This document shows, piece by piece, positions 56,954 through 57,781 of a stretch of DNA of 57,781 bases. The stretch is from a virus (lineage: Duplodnaviria; Caudoviricetes): positions 1 to 57,781 of IMG/VR virus record IMGVR_UViG_3300032326_000646, one strand, 5' to 3'. The position numbers and the translations under genes were made by a program. The notes beneath the pieces are model-generated. The model was not told where the DNA came from, did no database searches, and was given only the letters and a program-made list of their open reading frames with translations. The first letter of the stretch is position 1; each line of letters begins with the position of its first letter.

Positions 56954-57610
56954 ATGAGCATTGTAAAGGGAATCAAGAACATCAACGCCCTGCTCGATAG
57001 ACCAAAATACGAAAACGACGGGCCAAAAGTAAAGTGGCTTAAACTTGCAGATGGTCAGTCTGTAAAGATTCGATTCATTGAAGAACTTGATGAAGATTCT
57101 GCAAACTATAACGAACAGCGTGGCTTAGCACTTGTTGTTAAGGAGCACGTAAATCCAAAGGACTACAAGCGTAAGGCTGTAGACACTATGGAATCAGAAG
57201 GCCGTGACTGGGCAGAAGAAATGCACCGCAAGGATCCAAAGGCAGGATGGCGAGGCCGTCTTCGCTTCTATTGCAACGTACTAGTTGACGATGGAATTGA
57301 AGCACCATATGTTGCTATCTGGTCAATGGGCATCAGTAAGCAATCATCATTCAACACAATTCGTGAGTATGCACTTGAAACAGGGAGCATCTCAAATGTA
57401 CTGTGGAAGTTAAAGCGTAATGGTCAGGGAACTGAAACTAATTACACACTTATTCCATCAGCACCAGATAAGGAACCATTTGATTGGGGAACAATCGAAC
57501 CTTATCCATTGGAGTCAGCACTAAAGAAGATTCCATACGCAGAACAAGAAGCGTTCTATTTGGGCTTTGATGGCCCATCTACCACTTCAGCAACTAACGC
57601 TGATTGGTAA
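56954..57610 (+). CDS. Single-stranded DNA-binding protein (gp32-like)
   Basis: WLKLADGQSVKIRF, KRNGQGTETNY, acidic/Trp C-terminus; sits in the replication module. Confidence 0.7.
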   Translation: MSIVKGIKNINALLDRPKYENDGPKVKWLKLADGQSVKIRFIEELDEDSANYNEQRGLALVVKEHVNPKDYKRKAVDTMESEGRDWAEEMHRKDPKAGWRGRLRFYCNVLVDDGIEAPYVAIWSMGISKQSSFNTIREYALETGSISNVLWKLKRNGQGTETNYTLIPSAPDKEPFDWGTIEPYPLESALKKIPYAEQEAFYLGFDGPSTTSATNADW

Positions 57611-57611
57611 T

Positions 57612-57781
57612 ATGAACTACGTCGGCTTACATGTCCATACCCATTTTAGTTTATTTGATGGGATTGCTACTCCAGAAGAATATGTTGACCGTGCAGTTGA
57701 GTTAGGGATGCCAGCAATTGCCATCACTGACCACGGTACTTTATCTGGGCATAGGGAACTGCACCGTATTGCAAAAGCAAA
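57612..57781 (+). CDS. dnaE: DNA polymerase III alpha subunit, PHP domain (3'-truncated)
   Basis: MNYVGLHVHTHFSLFDG...AIAITDHG. Confidence 0.88.
   Translation, partial: MNYVGLHVHTHFSLFDGIATPEEYVDRAVELGMPAIAITDHGTLSGHRELHRIAKA

Noticed and set aside
1-57781. Stop-codon reassignment, tRNAs, integrase or IS elements
   Set aside because: Standard-code ORFs tile the window densely using all three stops; no cloverleaf, recombinase or transposase motifs were recognised by eye
20860-57781. Inteins or introns in nrdJ, helicase, primase or dnaE
   Set aside because: ORFs are continuous and of ordinary length with no Hint motifs in the visible parts

Overview
This window is a 57.8-kb, AT-rich segment of a tailed (siphovirus-like) bacteriophage genome, read almost entirely on the + strand. 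The host is probably a low-GC freshwater actinobacterium; this is inferred from leaderless extended -10 promoters, a class II RNR, DnaE and an SLT-type lysozyme. Order of modules: (1) end of a small-gene region, a cytochrome P450, a DHH-like phosphoesterase, a holin-like gene and a non-coding AT-rich/hairpin region (1-3.4 kb); (2) a long block of tail-fibre/accessory virion genes (3.4-20.8 kb); (3) nrdJ; (4) a large LamG-like virion protein, portal, protease/scaffold, major capsid, neck, tail tube, two paralogous tail chaperones, a 2930-aa tape measure and tail-tip genes; (5) replication genes (DnaB helicase, primase, SSB, start of dnaE). The best candidate for a new system is a pair of parallel 'decorated fibre' cassettes, in which a virion protein carrying a low-complexity repeat sits next to putative modifying enzymes. 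Cassette A is a (PTPVA)n protein followed by two prolyl-hydroxylase-like oxygenases and a glycosyltransferase. Cassette B is an FN3-(FGA)15-Hint-domain protein followed by a GNAT and two further beta-fold proteins. Both are linked to the same adaptor domain. Also notable: a kinase-like domain inside the tape measure, a duplicated tail chaperone apparently replacing the G/GT frameshift, and gene-by-gene TGnTATAAT promoters that often overlap the upstream stop codon. All calls come from reading motifs by eye; no searches were run.
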